Shown: one piece after another, positions 6,275 to 15,805 of the stretch
Layout: each line of letters begins with the position of its first letter
How positions within the stretch are numbered: the first letter of the stretch is position 1
Virus record (IMG/VR): IMGVR_UViG_2663762810_000003
Reading direction: 5' to 3' (one strand)
Length of the DNA: 30,320 bases
DNA from: a virus
Lineage: Duplodnaviria; Heunggongvirae; Uroviricota; Caudoviricetes
Position numbers and translations under genes: made by a program
Notes under the pieces: generated by a model
The model's input: only the letters and a program-made list of their open reading frames with translations
The model's database searches: none
Told to the model about the DNA's origin: nothing

Positions 6275-9037
6275 ATGACGGCAGAGTACATCAGGGACTG
6301 GCAACAACCGCGCCACGCAGTGGGGCGTGAAGGAACGGGGATCCCCGCTCCTGAATCCGCGCTTTCCTCCTGGCTGGATGCCTACCGGGTAGAGAACGAG
6401 CGCCGCCAGGAAATGGCTGATGCGGCGTTCTCCGCCACGCCGCTGGGCAACCTGATTAATAAAAGCCTGGACGCACAGGAAAAACAGGACAAAACCATCA
6501 CACTGGCAGGAGACGCCAGAAAACAGGCACGCGGCGCGGTGGATGAAGCCATGGCCTCGCTGCGCCTGCTGCCGTCCTATCTGCGCGATCCGCTTATTCG
6601 CCACCTCTCCTTCCTGCGCAAAAAACAGGAAGCCGATCGCCGGAAAGGCAAAAAGAGCTGGCAGGCGGAACGCTATGCACGCGGAACCCTGCGCAAAATA
6701 TTCGAACGTCTGGATAGCACTGACGGACGCTGGCTGACACCGGGTTATCGCTCCCTTGCCGGACGCGAACGCCTGGACGATTTGCTTTACCTGCCGCAGC
6801 TCAACAAACACCAGATACAGACGCTGGCCACCATGACGGCGGCGATGTTCAGCAGCACCTTCGAAAAACTCTGCGATGGCTTTGGCGCGACCGATGGCGA
6901 GCTGACCATGGATGTAACCCTGAAGGCGTATCAGATGCTGGCCCGCATGGCGTTACACCTGCACGCCATGCCTCCACATTATGACGCACTGACAACAGAC
7001 AAAGACCGGAGGAACGAACCGGACACGGAGCTGCTGCCGGGCGCAATCCTTCGCCTGACCTGTGCGGAATGGTGGAAACGCAAACTGTGGCTGTTACGTT
7101 GCGAGTGGAGAGAAGAACAACTCCGCGCCGCCTGTCTGGTTTCCAGAAAAACATCACCCTATCTGAGCCAGGACGCGTTAAGCGAGTTTCGCGCACAGCG
7201 CGAGAAAACACGCGATTTCCTGAAAAGTTTCATGCTGGAAAATGAAGACGGGTTCACGATTGATCTCGAGACAGTGTATTACGCGGGAGTAAGTAACCCG
7301 GTTCACCGTAAGGCAGAAATGATGGCCACCATGAAGGGGTTGGAACTTCTGGCCGAAGCCCGTGGCGACAAAGCGGTGTTTCTGACTGTCACCTGCCCGT
7401 CAAAATACCACGCCACAACGGAGAACGGTCATCCGAATCCCAAATGGAACGGGGCCACAATGCGCGACTCCAGCGATTACCTGGTTAACACGTTTTTTGC
7501 GGCGGTCCGCAAAAAACTGAACCGCGACGGCCTGCGCTGGTATGGCATCCGCACGGTGGAGCCTCATCATGACGGCACCGTGCACTGGCATATGATGGTC
7601 TTTGCACATCCGGAAGAAATCGACACCATTGTGTCCCATACCCGCGATATTGCCATTCAGGAAGACCGCCACGAGCTGGGCAATGATATTACTCCGCGCT
7701 TTAAGGTGGAGTATGTCGACGGCTCAAAAGGCACGCCAACCAGCTACATCGCCACCTACATCGGAAAGAACCTGGACAGCCGCGCCGTGGATGGCATCGA
7801 CCCGAAAACGGGCAAGCCACGCGTGGACCACGAAACCGGAAAATCAATGGCCGAGAGCGTGGAGCGCGCCATCGGCTGGGCGCGCCTTCACCGGGTCCGT
7901 CAGTTCCAGTTCTTTGGCATCCCCTCCCGTCAGGTGTGGCGTGAACTGCGCCGCCTTGCCAGCCAGATGGCACGCAATCCGGAAGGCCCGCAACGGCTGA
8001 AAGATGATGCAATGGATGCGGTACTCGCTGCCGCCGATGCCGGGTGTTTTGCCACCTACATTAAAAAACAGGGTGGCGTGCTTGTTCCACGCAAGGACTA
8101 CCTGATTCGCACCGCCTACGACCTCGCAGATGAGCTGAACGATTACGGCGAACAGAGCGTACAGATTTACGGAATCTGGTCACCACTCATCGGGGAATCC
8201 TCCCGTGTGTGCACGCATCCGGATAACTGGAAGCTGGTAAGACGTAAACCGGAAGCGGAAGACAGCGCCCGCGAAAATGGTTTTGACCTTCAGGGCGGCC
8301 CTGCCGCCCCTTGGACTCGTGGCAATAACTGTCCCCGTGTACAGGAAACAGACAACAACGGGACAGAACAGCCGGAAGAACGGCCAGCACTGTGGCCGCA
8401 GCTTCCTGACGGCGTTGATGTGGATGAATGGATGCGCTCACTGAAACGGCACGAACGCCGGGCGCTGATGCGTTCGCTGCGTGACAAACAGGCAAAAAAC
8501 AGCAGTGATGAAATGCAGAGCTGGACACAGAGCCGCAAACAGCAGCGGCCTTTGCCTGATAACCACGAATTACTCGCTAAAGAATGGCGGGAATCTGCCG
8601 AATCTCTCGGCCTGCATATCGGTGAACAGCAGATGCAGCACCTGTTACGGGGCGGCAGCCTGTACGTTGACGGCAGCATCATTGCACCACAGGGATTTGA
8701 AATTGTACGCAAACCGGATACCCGCCCGGACAGCCGAATCACGCAGCTCTGGCAGCGCCTGAGCCGTAATCACGGCGTAAGCAGCACGGAGATCCGCCAT
8801 AACCCGGTCGCCAGCTATCTGGAACAGCTGGGGGCATCAGACCCCAAAGCCGCCGCACGCCTGGCATCCACACTTCAGCAGGACCAGAACACCATGAAAA
8901 CCCCCGTTACTGTGCTTTCTGACATGCTGCGCGCCATTCACGACACAGAGCACACACAAAGAATCTGTGAAACAACCGAACGCGCCTGCCACAAAGCTGA
9001 CCTACTGCGAAGAGGAGTAAAGAGTGGGAACAAATAA
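6275..9037 (+). CDS. A: replication initiation protein gpA (HUH rolling-circle endonuclease) with a long C-terminal extension
   Basis: 920 aa; HUH motif GTVHWHMMVFAH and paired tyrosines YIATYIGK as in P2 A. Confidence 0.9.
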   Translation: MTAEYIRDWQQPRHAVGREGTGIPAPESALSSWLDAYRVENERRQEMADAAFSATPLGNLINKSLDAQEKQDKTITLAGDARKQARGAVDEAMASLRLLPSYLRDPLIRHLSFLRKKQEADRRKGKKSWQAERYARGTLRKIFERLDSTDGRWLTPGYRSLAGRERLDDLLYLPQLNKHQIQTLATMTAAMFSSTFEKLCDGFGATDGELTMDVTLKAYQMLARMALHLHAMPPHYDALTTDKDRRNEPDTELLPGAILRLTCAEWWKRKLWLLRCEWREEQLRAACLVSRKTSPYLSQDALSEFRAQREKTRDFLKSFMLENEDGFTIDLETVYYAGVSNPVHRKAEMMATMKGLELLAEARGDKAVFLTVTCPSKYHATTENGHPNPKWNGATMRDSSDYLVNTFFAAVRKKLNRDGLRWYGIRTVEPHHDGTVHWHMMVFAHPEEIDTIVSHTRDIAIQEDRHELGNDITPRFKVEYVDGSKGTPTSYIATYIGKNLDSRAVDGIDPKTGKPRVDHETGKSMAESVERAIGWARLHRVRQFQFFGIPSRQVWRELRRLASQMARNPEGPQRLKDDAMDAVLAAADAGCFATYIKKQGGVLVPRKDYLIRTAYDLADELNDYGEQSVQIYGIWSPLIGESSRVCTHPDNWKLVRRKPEAEDSARENGFDLQGGPAAPWTRGNNCPRVQETDNNGTEQPEERPALWPQLPDGVDVDEWMRSLKRHERRALMRSLRDKQAKNSSDEMQSWTQSRKQQRPLPDNHELLAKEWRESAESLGLHIGEQQMQHLLRGGSLYVDGSIIAPQGFEIVRKPDTRPDSRITQLWQRLSRNHGVSSTEIRHNPVASYLEQLGASDPKAAARLASTLQQDQNTMKTPVTVLSDMLRAIHDTEHTQRICETTERACHKADLLRRGVKSGNK

Positions 9038-9257
9038 TCAAAAGAAACGGAGTTTGAAAATCAAATGATAAATAAAAGAAGGATATTCACACAGAACATG
9101 TGTATCTATGAAATGCCAATAAAATTAAATTGGTATGGACCACAAACTATGTAACATAGTGGGCTTAAACAACTTCAAATAATAAAAATAAGTAAAGCCC
9201 TAAGTCCAATCATTTAAGGCTTCAATTATCTTAGTGATTAAATATGACTCACAGTTC

Positions 9258-10622
9258 TTATTTTATAGTCATATTAGCTATTGATGTGGAAATATTAAAG
9301 ATATGGTTATATTCAAACGCAAAATCACCTTCTATACGCTGAACATAACTTCCCTTTTCATTACGTAATAGTTTTAATGTTTCTTTATCGATGTAATAAT
9401 AATCCAATAGTTCTTTAAGCAATTTAATTTCCGTCTTTGATGAAAAATAATCAGATTTTATATTAAGTAATTCTAATATCTCTTCAGAAGACATTTCCTT
9501 CTTAAGTAGTCGATTTAACATATCTGGAGAAGTTACTTTCAAGAAACAAACCAATGCTAATGCAATCATATAATAATTATCATCATTATTCGCTATACAC
9601 GTATGATTATCCACTACAAGCATAGTTGAAATACATCGTTCAACTTCTCGCAGCGAGCAATTATTGGTTTCAATCAAGCATGATAAGACTCTTACAAAAG
9701 CACCATCTGTATTAATACCTAGAGAGTGATTCTGTTGTAGAGTTTTTTTAATATACGTTGTAATCGTTGTTTTGTTAGATGCTTGTAACACCATAGAGTC
9801 ATACACATTTATTTTGGGCAAAGAAAACCAATAATGAATAAATTTATTCAAGTACAGACCAGTATTGATATCACCATATTTATATGCAATTCCCTTTTCA
9901 AATTGCTCTCGATTCATTACCAATAAGAAAACCATACCTTTCACAGAAAAAAGATGCTTAATTTTTTCCAATAGCTCTAGAGAATAATCTGGGCGGGCTC
10001 GATCAAGTTCATCAATAATAATCAAGGTTTTTCTCTTTGTATTTGTATATATTTCTTCTAAAGCTTTTTTAAAGTCAGCAATTGAGTTTTTTTCCTGCTC
10101 CATGGATTTTATTTTCTCTTCAACAAAAGACTCTAACTCACTATTAATGGAATCGCTAACTGTTTTTCCTGCCTCATCAAGAGCAGAACCATTCACAACA
10201 CCTGCTGTCAGGGTTGTAATAGCTACCTTTGCACCTCCGATTAATATTTTTGCACCTATTTTCTTACCAGTTTTAATAATGCGATCAGCTACATCTTCGG
10301 CCTCTACTCCTCTGTGTTTTAGTAAATTATATAGTTCAGATGATATTGAAATAAATGGATCTGATTGATAATCATTTTCAAATGCATCGAAATAAACAAC
10401 ATCTATATATTCACTATTAGTTAATTCTAATTCTGATTTTAACATCTTAACAAATGATGTTTTACCGCTACCCCATATATCATCTAACGCAAAAACCAAA
10501 TTTGAGTCAGGAGCATTAATAATAAGCCGTATCATTTGATCATATAATGTCTTACGATTAAATATGTCAGATGTAATATCAAAACCATTCTCAAAACCAT
10601 TCTGATTAGTAGTTATATTCAT
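9258..10622 (-). CDS. KAP-family P-loop NTPase, solitary cargo in the accessory locus between A and portal Q
   Basis: 454 aa; modified Walker A ALDDIWGSGKTSF; hydrophobic insert AKILIGGAKVAITTLTAGVV; Walker B LIIIDELDRARPDY; gene and flanks are markedly AT-rich. Confidence 0.8.
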   Translation of the reverse strand: MNITTNQNGFENGFDITSDIFNRKTLYDQMIRLIINAPDSNLVFALDDIWGSGKTSFVKMLKSELELTNSEYIDVVYFDAFENDYQSDPFISISSELYNLLKHRGVEAEDVADRIIKTGKKIGAKILIGGAKVAITTLTAGVVNGSALDEAGKTVSDSINSELESFVEEKIKSMEQEKNSIADFKKALEEIYTNTKRKTLIIIDELDRARPDYSLELLEKIKHLFSVKGMVFLLVMNREQFEKGIAYKYGDINTGLYLNKFIHYWFSLPKINVYDSMVLQASNKTTITTYIKKTLQQNHSLGINTDGAFVRVLSCLIETNNCSLREVERCISTMLVVDNHTCIANNDDNYYMIALALVCFLKVTSPDMLNRLLKKEMSSEEILELLNIKSDYFSSKTEIKLLKELLDYYYIDKETLKLLRNEKGSYVQRIEGDFAFEYNHIFNISTSIANMTIK

Positions 10623-11475
10623 AGTAACTCCATTTTTTCCTTATTGAAATTAAATTAGCATTATAAACAAACACTCTCATTAAAAAAGCAAACGAATAAT
10701 AATGATTTATGATATCTTGCTATTTATCTAAAAAATTTGCAATCACAAAAAATCATATAATTAATTAAAGGTTCTTCATGCTGAAAAATAGTTATCAAAT
10801 AGTATATAGTATTGTTTTTAATTGAATGCCATAATAATTACCTTAGTCCTTTAAAACTTCCAACGATGTGGCCCCAGTTATACAGTCACATATCAAGTCC
10901 TGAAACAGTATGCACATCAAATAGGGTTATGAATCTTTTTTCATATCTTGCGATCATTAAAATCTTCTCTGCTACGAGCAAATTTACCATCCGTTCTTTA
11001 CGTAGAAAACAGCACGATACACACTGCACAATAGTGCACAAATTTGCACAATTTTTTTGAACGACTTTTTGCCCTTCCGGCCCGCGTGGCGGCTGGATCC
11101 GTCAGGGATCCGTGCGTGCACAAAAAAACGCGCTTTTTCTGCGCGCAGGTGACGGGGGAACAGCCCGCGTTTCAGGGGGTAAATAGCGTTCCCTTAACGA
11201 TGTCGCAGCGACACGACAGAATGGCCGTATTTCTCACGCTGAGCGTGAAAAATACGTGAGGGATTCTGATTTGATGGGATGAAAGGTAAGGCCGTCAAAA
11301 TCGCACTGAGGCGGCGAGAACATGCAGTCAACGCGGTGGGATTGCGTAAGAGTCTGACCGTCGATGGTGGCGATAAACTGGAAGGCGTCGTGAAATTATC
11401 TGACTGATACAGGAGCTGGAGAGTCGGGGCATAAATTTTTTATGCCCCGGCGAAGCAGCAGACAAGCGAAGCGCG

Positions 11476-12522
11476 TCAGGATGTGGGCTGGATGTCTAAC
11501 AGTGCGTAAGGGTTAAAGCGGATCACCTCTTCGCCAAGCCAGTCATTGATGTGCTTCATGGCCTCCATGACGGGCATCAGCTCGTTAATTGCGTAAACCC
11601 GCGCGGCCTTCTCCACATCACCAAACGCACTTTTTTCACCCGGCATCGCCCCCATCAGTTGCGGCGGAACGCGGTGCGCAGCCAGCACATCATCACGGGA
11701 TGCCGCCTTAACATTCATGAACTCATCCTTTGCGGTGATCTGCTGGAACGGCAAAATTTGCACCCCCTCTTTGCCCCCGTTGGGCGCATGAATGAGCACG
11801 TTTTTAAACGCACCGCCACCACGTGCACCCTGTAGCGTTTCTTTCAGGGAGTCCATGCTTTCGCGGTTTACCTGCGCTGCACCGATGTAGATGATGCACC
11901 CGGCGTGGGATCCGTTGTCGTAATACAGTTTTCTGAACATGTCCGCCGAATGAGACAGGCTGGCCGAGAGTAATGCGCCGAGATATTCCGGCATGCCGTA
12001 GATTTCCTGGTTAATGTCAGGATTCATCAGGTGGCACACTTTGCCAGGGCGAAACTGAAACGCGTCCTTACCATCCTGCACATACCACCATGATTCAAGA
12101 TCGCTTCCGCGTCGCATGTATTTCGCCAGGGCGTGCCGTAATTTAAGCGGTTCGCCGAGCATATTGCTTCGAAGCTCAAGGAATGCGTTACCGAACACAA
12201 ACCAGTCCAGCGCCAGCGCCGAGAAATCCTGCCGGGAAAGCAGCGGGTGCGGAATATAGCAACCGAGCAATACATTGCGCTTAAAGTAAAGCGCAGACTG
12301 ATGCCAGGACGTTTGCCGGGCAGCTCTTGCCAGACCGTACCAGTCCACCGGGGTTTCATACCACCGCCCGTTATCAGCACAGTACATATTGTCCAGCAAA
12401 TCATGCCCGGTCAGGCGATAAGGACCATCAAATGTGAATGCACTGAGCGACGATTCTTTCCTGAGCGCATCAGCGAGATCAATGCGTGAACTCATGCGCA
12501 CTTTTTTATTTTTTCTGCTCAT
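11476..12522 (-). CDS. Q: portal protein gpQ
   Basis: 348 aa, recognised as P2 Q-like; immediately downstream of P on the same strand. Confidence 0.9.
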   Translation of the reverse strand: MSRKNKKVRMSSRIDLADALRKESSLSAFTFDGPYRLTGHDLLDNMYCADNGRWYETPVDWYGLARAARQTSWHQSALYFKRNVLLGCYIPHPLLSRQDFSALALDWFVFGNAFLELRSNMLGEPLKLRHALAKYMRRGSDLESWWYVQDGKDAFQFRPGKVCHLMNPDINQEIYGMPEYLGALLSASLSHSADMFRKLYYDNGSHAGCIIYIGAAQVNRESMDSLKETLQGARGGGAFKNVLIHAPNGGKEGVQILPFQQITAKDEFMNVKAASRDDVLAAHRVPPQLMGAMPGEKSAFGDVEKAARVYAINELMPVMEAMKHINDWLGEEVIRFNPYALLDIQPTS

Positions 12523-14192
12523 CAGAACTCCATAACCGTGAAACGCTCGTTTTCTCCTTCGCCGCCAATCGGTTCGTTAATGACAGCAAGCATGGTTGCC
12601 CACGCAAGGTCGCCGTGGCTGATCCCCCTCGCGCGGTCCGTTTCGTAAGTGATAAAGCCGCCCGGTGTTTTCACCTTACGCACGGCGTTAAAGGCCGCGA
12701 CCAGCTCGCGTTCGGCGCGATCGTATTCCCACCGCCCGGCACGCATTATTTGCAGCATTTTCAGTACCAGCGACCGTTTTGATGACAGCGTGAAGGTGTA
12801 CGGAATAGCAGCAGGGAAAAACCGTTTCACTATCTGATAAACAGCCTCCCCGTTCCCGCCCGTCACATCAATGCCGATGTGTTCCACGTTGTAGCGATAC
12901 GTGAACTCTTCAATGACTCTGGCCTGTTCTTCAAACTCCAGCCCCTGAACGCGTCGCGTCTCCACCGTTCGAAAACGGCCACCAGGAACAGCCGGAGGAA
13001 CCACCACGGACACTGCGCCGCTGTCGCCGTTTCCACTGCTGCCGTTTGCGTCATACCCAATCCATACCGGACGATTCCCCATCGGGCGGGGAGCAAAAGG
13101 TTTCCAGTCTTTCCAGTCGTCGTATCCGTCAACACCGCAGCCAATCAGGATATTCAGGTTAAATGCCGATTCCCCTTCGCGGACAAACTCACACATATAG
13201 AGATTGAGGAACTCGTCTTCGGTGTTTTCATCACGAATTTCGTCGATATCGGTGTGTTTCCAGCCGTGATTAACCACATCTTCCAGCGTGACAATTTGCC
13301 GCCACGTCCGGTCAGGGCAGATAAGCCCGTTATGCAGCGTTTTCCAGTCCACAGAAAAACGCTGGCGTTTATGCGAGGCCTTTTTCTCGTTCCAGCGGTC
13401 GCCGTTCCAGTAGGCGTATGCCTCGTGCGTTTCGGTGGATGGCGTGGAGAAGTAGGTGCGCCGCAGTCCGCTGAGGGTTGCCATAGCGCCAGCCACCTTG
13501 CGCAGTTCAGCAAAGCGACTGACCCAGAAAAATTCATCAAAATAAAAATTGCCCGTATAGGACTGTGCCGACGCAGCAGAAGTGCCGAGAAAATGCAGCT
13601 CTGCGCCGTTGGAGAGGATGATTTTATCGCCCCCTTTCAGCTCCACATCAACTTCAGCCGCGGCCTTCTGAATAATGCTTTTAAACTGGAACGCCTGACG
13701 ACGCGACGCAGACAAAAAAATCTGGTTACGCTGGTAAGGTTGCGCCACATCGTCACGCAGCGCCATCAGCAGTGCTTCCTGTGCAAAATACCAGGTCGCC
13801 CCAATCTGTCGGGATTTCAGGATCATCCTGTTACGTATCCCGGCTTCCCTGCAAAGGGTCAGGGAGTCAAACCAGCCCCGCTGATGCCACTCCAGCCTGC
13901 TGATGATTTTTTCCCGCAGTGCGGCAATCTGTTCCGGCGTGAAATGATTTTTGAGTTTTTTCGCCCGGCCTTTCTTTCCTGCGGCCATCACATCCGGCTG
14001 ACCATCATGCAGCTTTTTAAGCTGCCGGGTCAGCAGGTCTATTTCCTTAAAGTCACCGCCTGTTTTATTCTGTTTTTCAGTAAGCTGGATGAGGCGCGCA
14101 TCGATGGACTGCGTGACACGCTGCACGGGTGGCGTTTCATCCCACTGGTCACGTTTTTTCCACGCATAAATCGTGTTCGGGTTTATTCCCAT
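12522..14192 (-). CDS. P: terminase ATPase (large) subunit gpP, probably 5'-truncated at a rearrangement junction
   Basis: 556 aa against about 590 aa recalled for P2 P; no SD before the first ATG; in-frame stop 12 codons upstream; F-plasmid-like DNA begins within about 10 bp. Confidence 0.85.
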   Translation of the reverse strand: MGINPNTIYAWKKRDQWDETPPVQRVTQSIDARLIQLTEKQNKTGGDFKEIDLLTRQLKKLHDGQPDVMAAGKKGRAKKLKNHFTPEQIAALREKIISRLEWHQRGWFDSLTLCREAGIRNRMILKSRQIGATWYFAQEALLMALRDDVAQPYQRNQIFLSASRRQAFQFKSIIQKAAAEVDVELKGGDKIILSNGAELHFLGTSAASAQSYTGNFYFDEFFWVSRFAELRKVAGAMATLSGLRRTYFSTPSTETHEAYAYWNGDRWNEKKASHKRQRFSVDWKTLHNGLICPDRTWRQIVTLEDVVNHGWKHTDIDEIRDENTEDEFLNLYMCEFVREGESAFNLNILIGCGVDGYDDWKDWKPFAPRPMGNRPVWIGYDANGSSGNGDSGAVSVVVPPAVPGGRFRTVETRRVQGLEFEEQARVIEEFTYRYNVEHIGIDVTGGNGEAVYQIVKRFFPAAIPYTFTLSSKRSLVLKMLQIMRAGRWEYDRAERELVAAFNAVRKVKTPGGFITYETDRARGISHGDLAWATMLAVINEPIGGEGENERFTVMEF

Positions 14193-14201
14193 CAGACGTG
14201 A

Positions 14202-14399
14202 TATTTCTGCGGGCGGATAGAAGCGCAGTCAAAAGCCCTTTCAGCGCGTTTTAACACGGCACTGGAAGCCAGCCTGCAGGCGTGGCAGCAGAAACACCAC
14301 GCAGTCATTCTGGTGTCGCCTGCTGTGGTACAGGGGGCACCGGATATCACCCGGGAAATCCAGCAGGATATTGCCCGGCGAATGAGGGCGGAGCCATGA
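14202..14399 (+). pseudogene. trbI: 3' fragment of an F-type conjugation gene, consistent with trbI (reading frame opens at the junction)
   Basis: Open frame ending ...DITREIQQDIARRMRAEP, with its TGA overlapping the traW ATG (ATGA) as in the F tra operon; identity from memory. Confidence 0.5.
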
Positions 14400-15028
14400 G
14401 ATGCCGGGGGCTGATTGCCCTGCTGATATGGGGGCAGAGTGTGGCCGCCGCCGATCTTGGTACCTGGGGCGATCTGTGGCCGGTAAAGGAGCCGGACATG
14501 CTGACGGTGATCATGCAGCGCCTGACGGCACTGGAGCAGTCCGGTGAGATGGGCCGGAAAATGGATGCCTTTAAGGAGCGGGTGATCCGCAACAGTCTGC
14601 GGCCCCCTGCCGTGCCCGGTATCGGACGCACGGAGAAATACGGCAGCCGGTTGTTTGACCCGTCCGTCAGACTGGCTGCGGATATCCGGGATAACGAAGG
14701 GCGGGTGTTTGCCCGTCAGGGAGAAGTGATGAATCCGCTGCAGTATGTTCCTTTTAACCAGACGCTGTATTTCATCAATGGCGATGATCCGGCGCAGGTG
14801 GCCTGGATGAAACGCCAGACGCCGCCCACACTGGAGAGCAAAATTATCCTCGTGCAGGGCAGTATCCCGGAGATGCAGAAGTCTCTGGACAGCCGTGTTT
14901 ACTTTGACCAGAACGGTGTGCTCTGCCAGCGCCTCGGCATTGATCAGGTCCCGGCACGGGTGAGCGCCGTTCCCGGCGATCGCTTCCTGAAGGTGGAATT
15001 TATTCCGGCAGAGGAGGGCAGAAAATGA
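14396..15028 (+). CDS. traW: F-type conjugative transfer protein TraW (full length)
   Basis: 210 aa starting MRCRGLIALLIWGQSVAAADLGTWGDLWPVKEPDMLTVIMQRL, recognised as F TraW; the track ORF from 14282 is an upstream over-extension. Confidence 0.75.
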   Translation: MRCRGLIALLIWGQSVAAADLGTWGDLWPVKEPDMLTVIMQRLTALEQSGEMGRKMDAFKERVIRNSLRPPAVPGIGRTEKYGSRLFDPSVRLAADIRDNEGRVFARQGEVMNPLQYVPFNQTLYFINGDDPAQVAWMKRQTPPTLESKIILVQGSIPEMQKSLDSRVYFDQNGVLCQRLGIDQVPARVSAVPGDRFLKVEFIPAEEGRK

Positions 15029-15192
15029 AGCGAAGCCTGTGGCTGCTGATGTTATTCCTTCTCGCCGGTCATGTCCCTGCAGCGTCTGCGGATTCTGCCT
15101 GTGAGGGGCGTTTTGTAAACCCGATCACGGATATCTGCTGGAGCTGTATTTTCCCGCTCTCGCTGGGCAGTATCAAAGTCAGTCAGGGTAAC
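15025..15192 (+). pseudogene. traU: 5' fragment of F-type traU (about 56 codons), truncated at the junction back into phage DNA
   Basis: MKRSLWLLMLFLLAGHVPAASADSACEGRFVNPITDICWSCIFPLSLGSIKVSQG matches the recalled TraU N-terminus, then diverges and stops at 15243. Confidence 0.65.
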
Positions 15193-15272
15193 CGAACCCA
15201 CACAGAATATGGCCATCAGCGACATACAGGCGGCGCGCTGTGAGTCGTTCACCATCAGCGAAGGTGGGCGCA

Positions 15273-15803
15273 ATGAGTAATTCACTGTTACCACCATCAG
15301 CCAGCAGTTTCATGCGTTGTGCCGAAGCTGTCGGAACGCGCATTACAGACATCCCGGTAGACCTCAACACGCTGTGGTCGCCGGACACCTGCCCGGTGCA
15401 CCTGCTGCCTTATCTCGCCTGGGCATTTTCCGTTGACCGTTGGGATCGCAACTGGCCGGAAGAGGCAAAACGACAGGTGATTCGTGATGCATGGCTGATA
15501 CACCGACACAAAGGGACCATCAGCGCACTGCGCAGGGCCATTGAGCCGCTGGGATACCTCATTCGCGTGTCTGAGTGGTGGGAGTTCGGCGGAGAACCGG
15601 GAACATTTACCGTTGAAGTCGGCACACTGGACAGTGGCGTGACGGAGGAAATGTATCTGGAAATGGAGCGGTTGATTGCTGATGCCCGTCCGGTCAGCCG
15701 CCACATGACAGGGCTGAATATCATTCAGGAAATTCCGGGGGATATTTTTGCAGCGGCGGCAACTTATGACGGTGAAGTTATTACCATTTATCCGGACGAT
15801 TAA
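15273..15803 (+). CDS. I: baseplate assembly protein gpI
   Basis: 176 aa from the ATG at 15273 (MSNSLLPP...), same length as P2 I; conserved WSPDTCPVHLLPYLAWAFSVDRWD; stop abuts the H start. Confidence 0.85.
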   Translation: MSNSLLPPSASSFMRCAEAVGTRITDIPVDLNTLWSPDTCPVHLLPYLAWAFSVDRWDRNWPEEAKRQVIRDAWLIHRHKGTISALRRAIEPLGYLIRVSEWWEFGGEPGTFTVEVGTLDSGVTEEMYLEMERLIADARPVSRHMTGLNIIQEIPGDIFAAAATYDGEVITIYPDD

Positions 15804-15805
15804 GC

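Noticed and set aside
5738-6811. 357-aa minus-strand ORF
   Set aside because: Antisense to the gpA start and the 5903..6268 gene; no SD; shadow ORF in GC-rich phage DNA.
9038-9257. Possible small ORF (about 29 aa) and weak hairpins in the AT-rich A/KAP spacer
   Set aside because: No SD at suitable spacing; stems are short with large loops; treated as 3' flank of the KAP gene.
10812-11060. 82-aa plus-strand ORF in the AT-rich region upstream of the KAP gene
   Set aside because: Would need a TTG start without SD; low-complexity translation; more likely the KAP promoter/leader region.
12879-14201. 440-aa plus-strand ORF
   Set aside because: Entirely antisense to the terminase gene P, whose translation has clear P2-like features.
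14282-14395. N-terminal 38 codons of the track ORF 14282..15028
   Set aside because: Upstream over-extension (GTG start) of traW; the real start is the ATG at 14396 overlapping the upstream stop.
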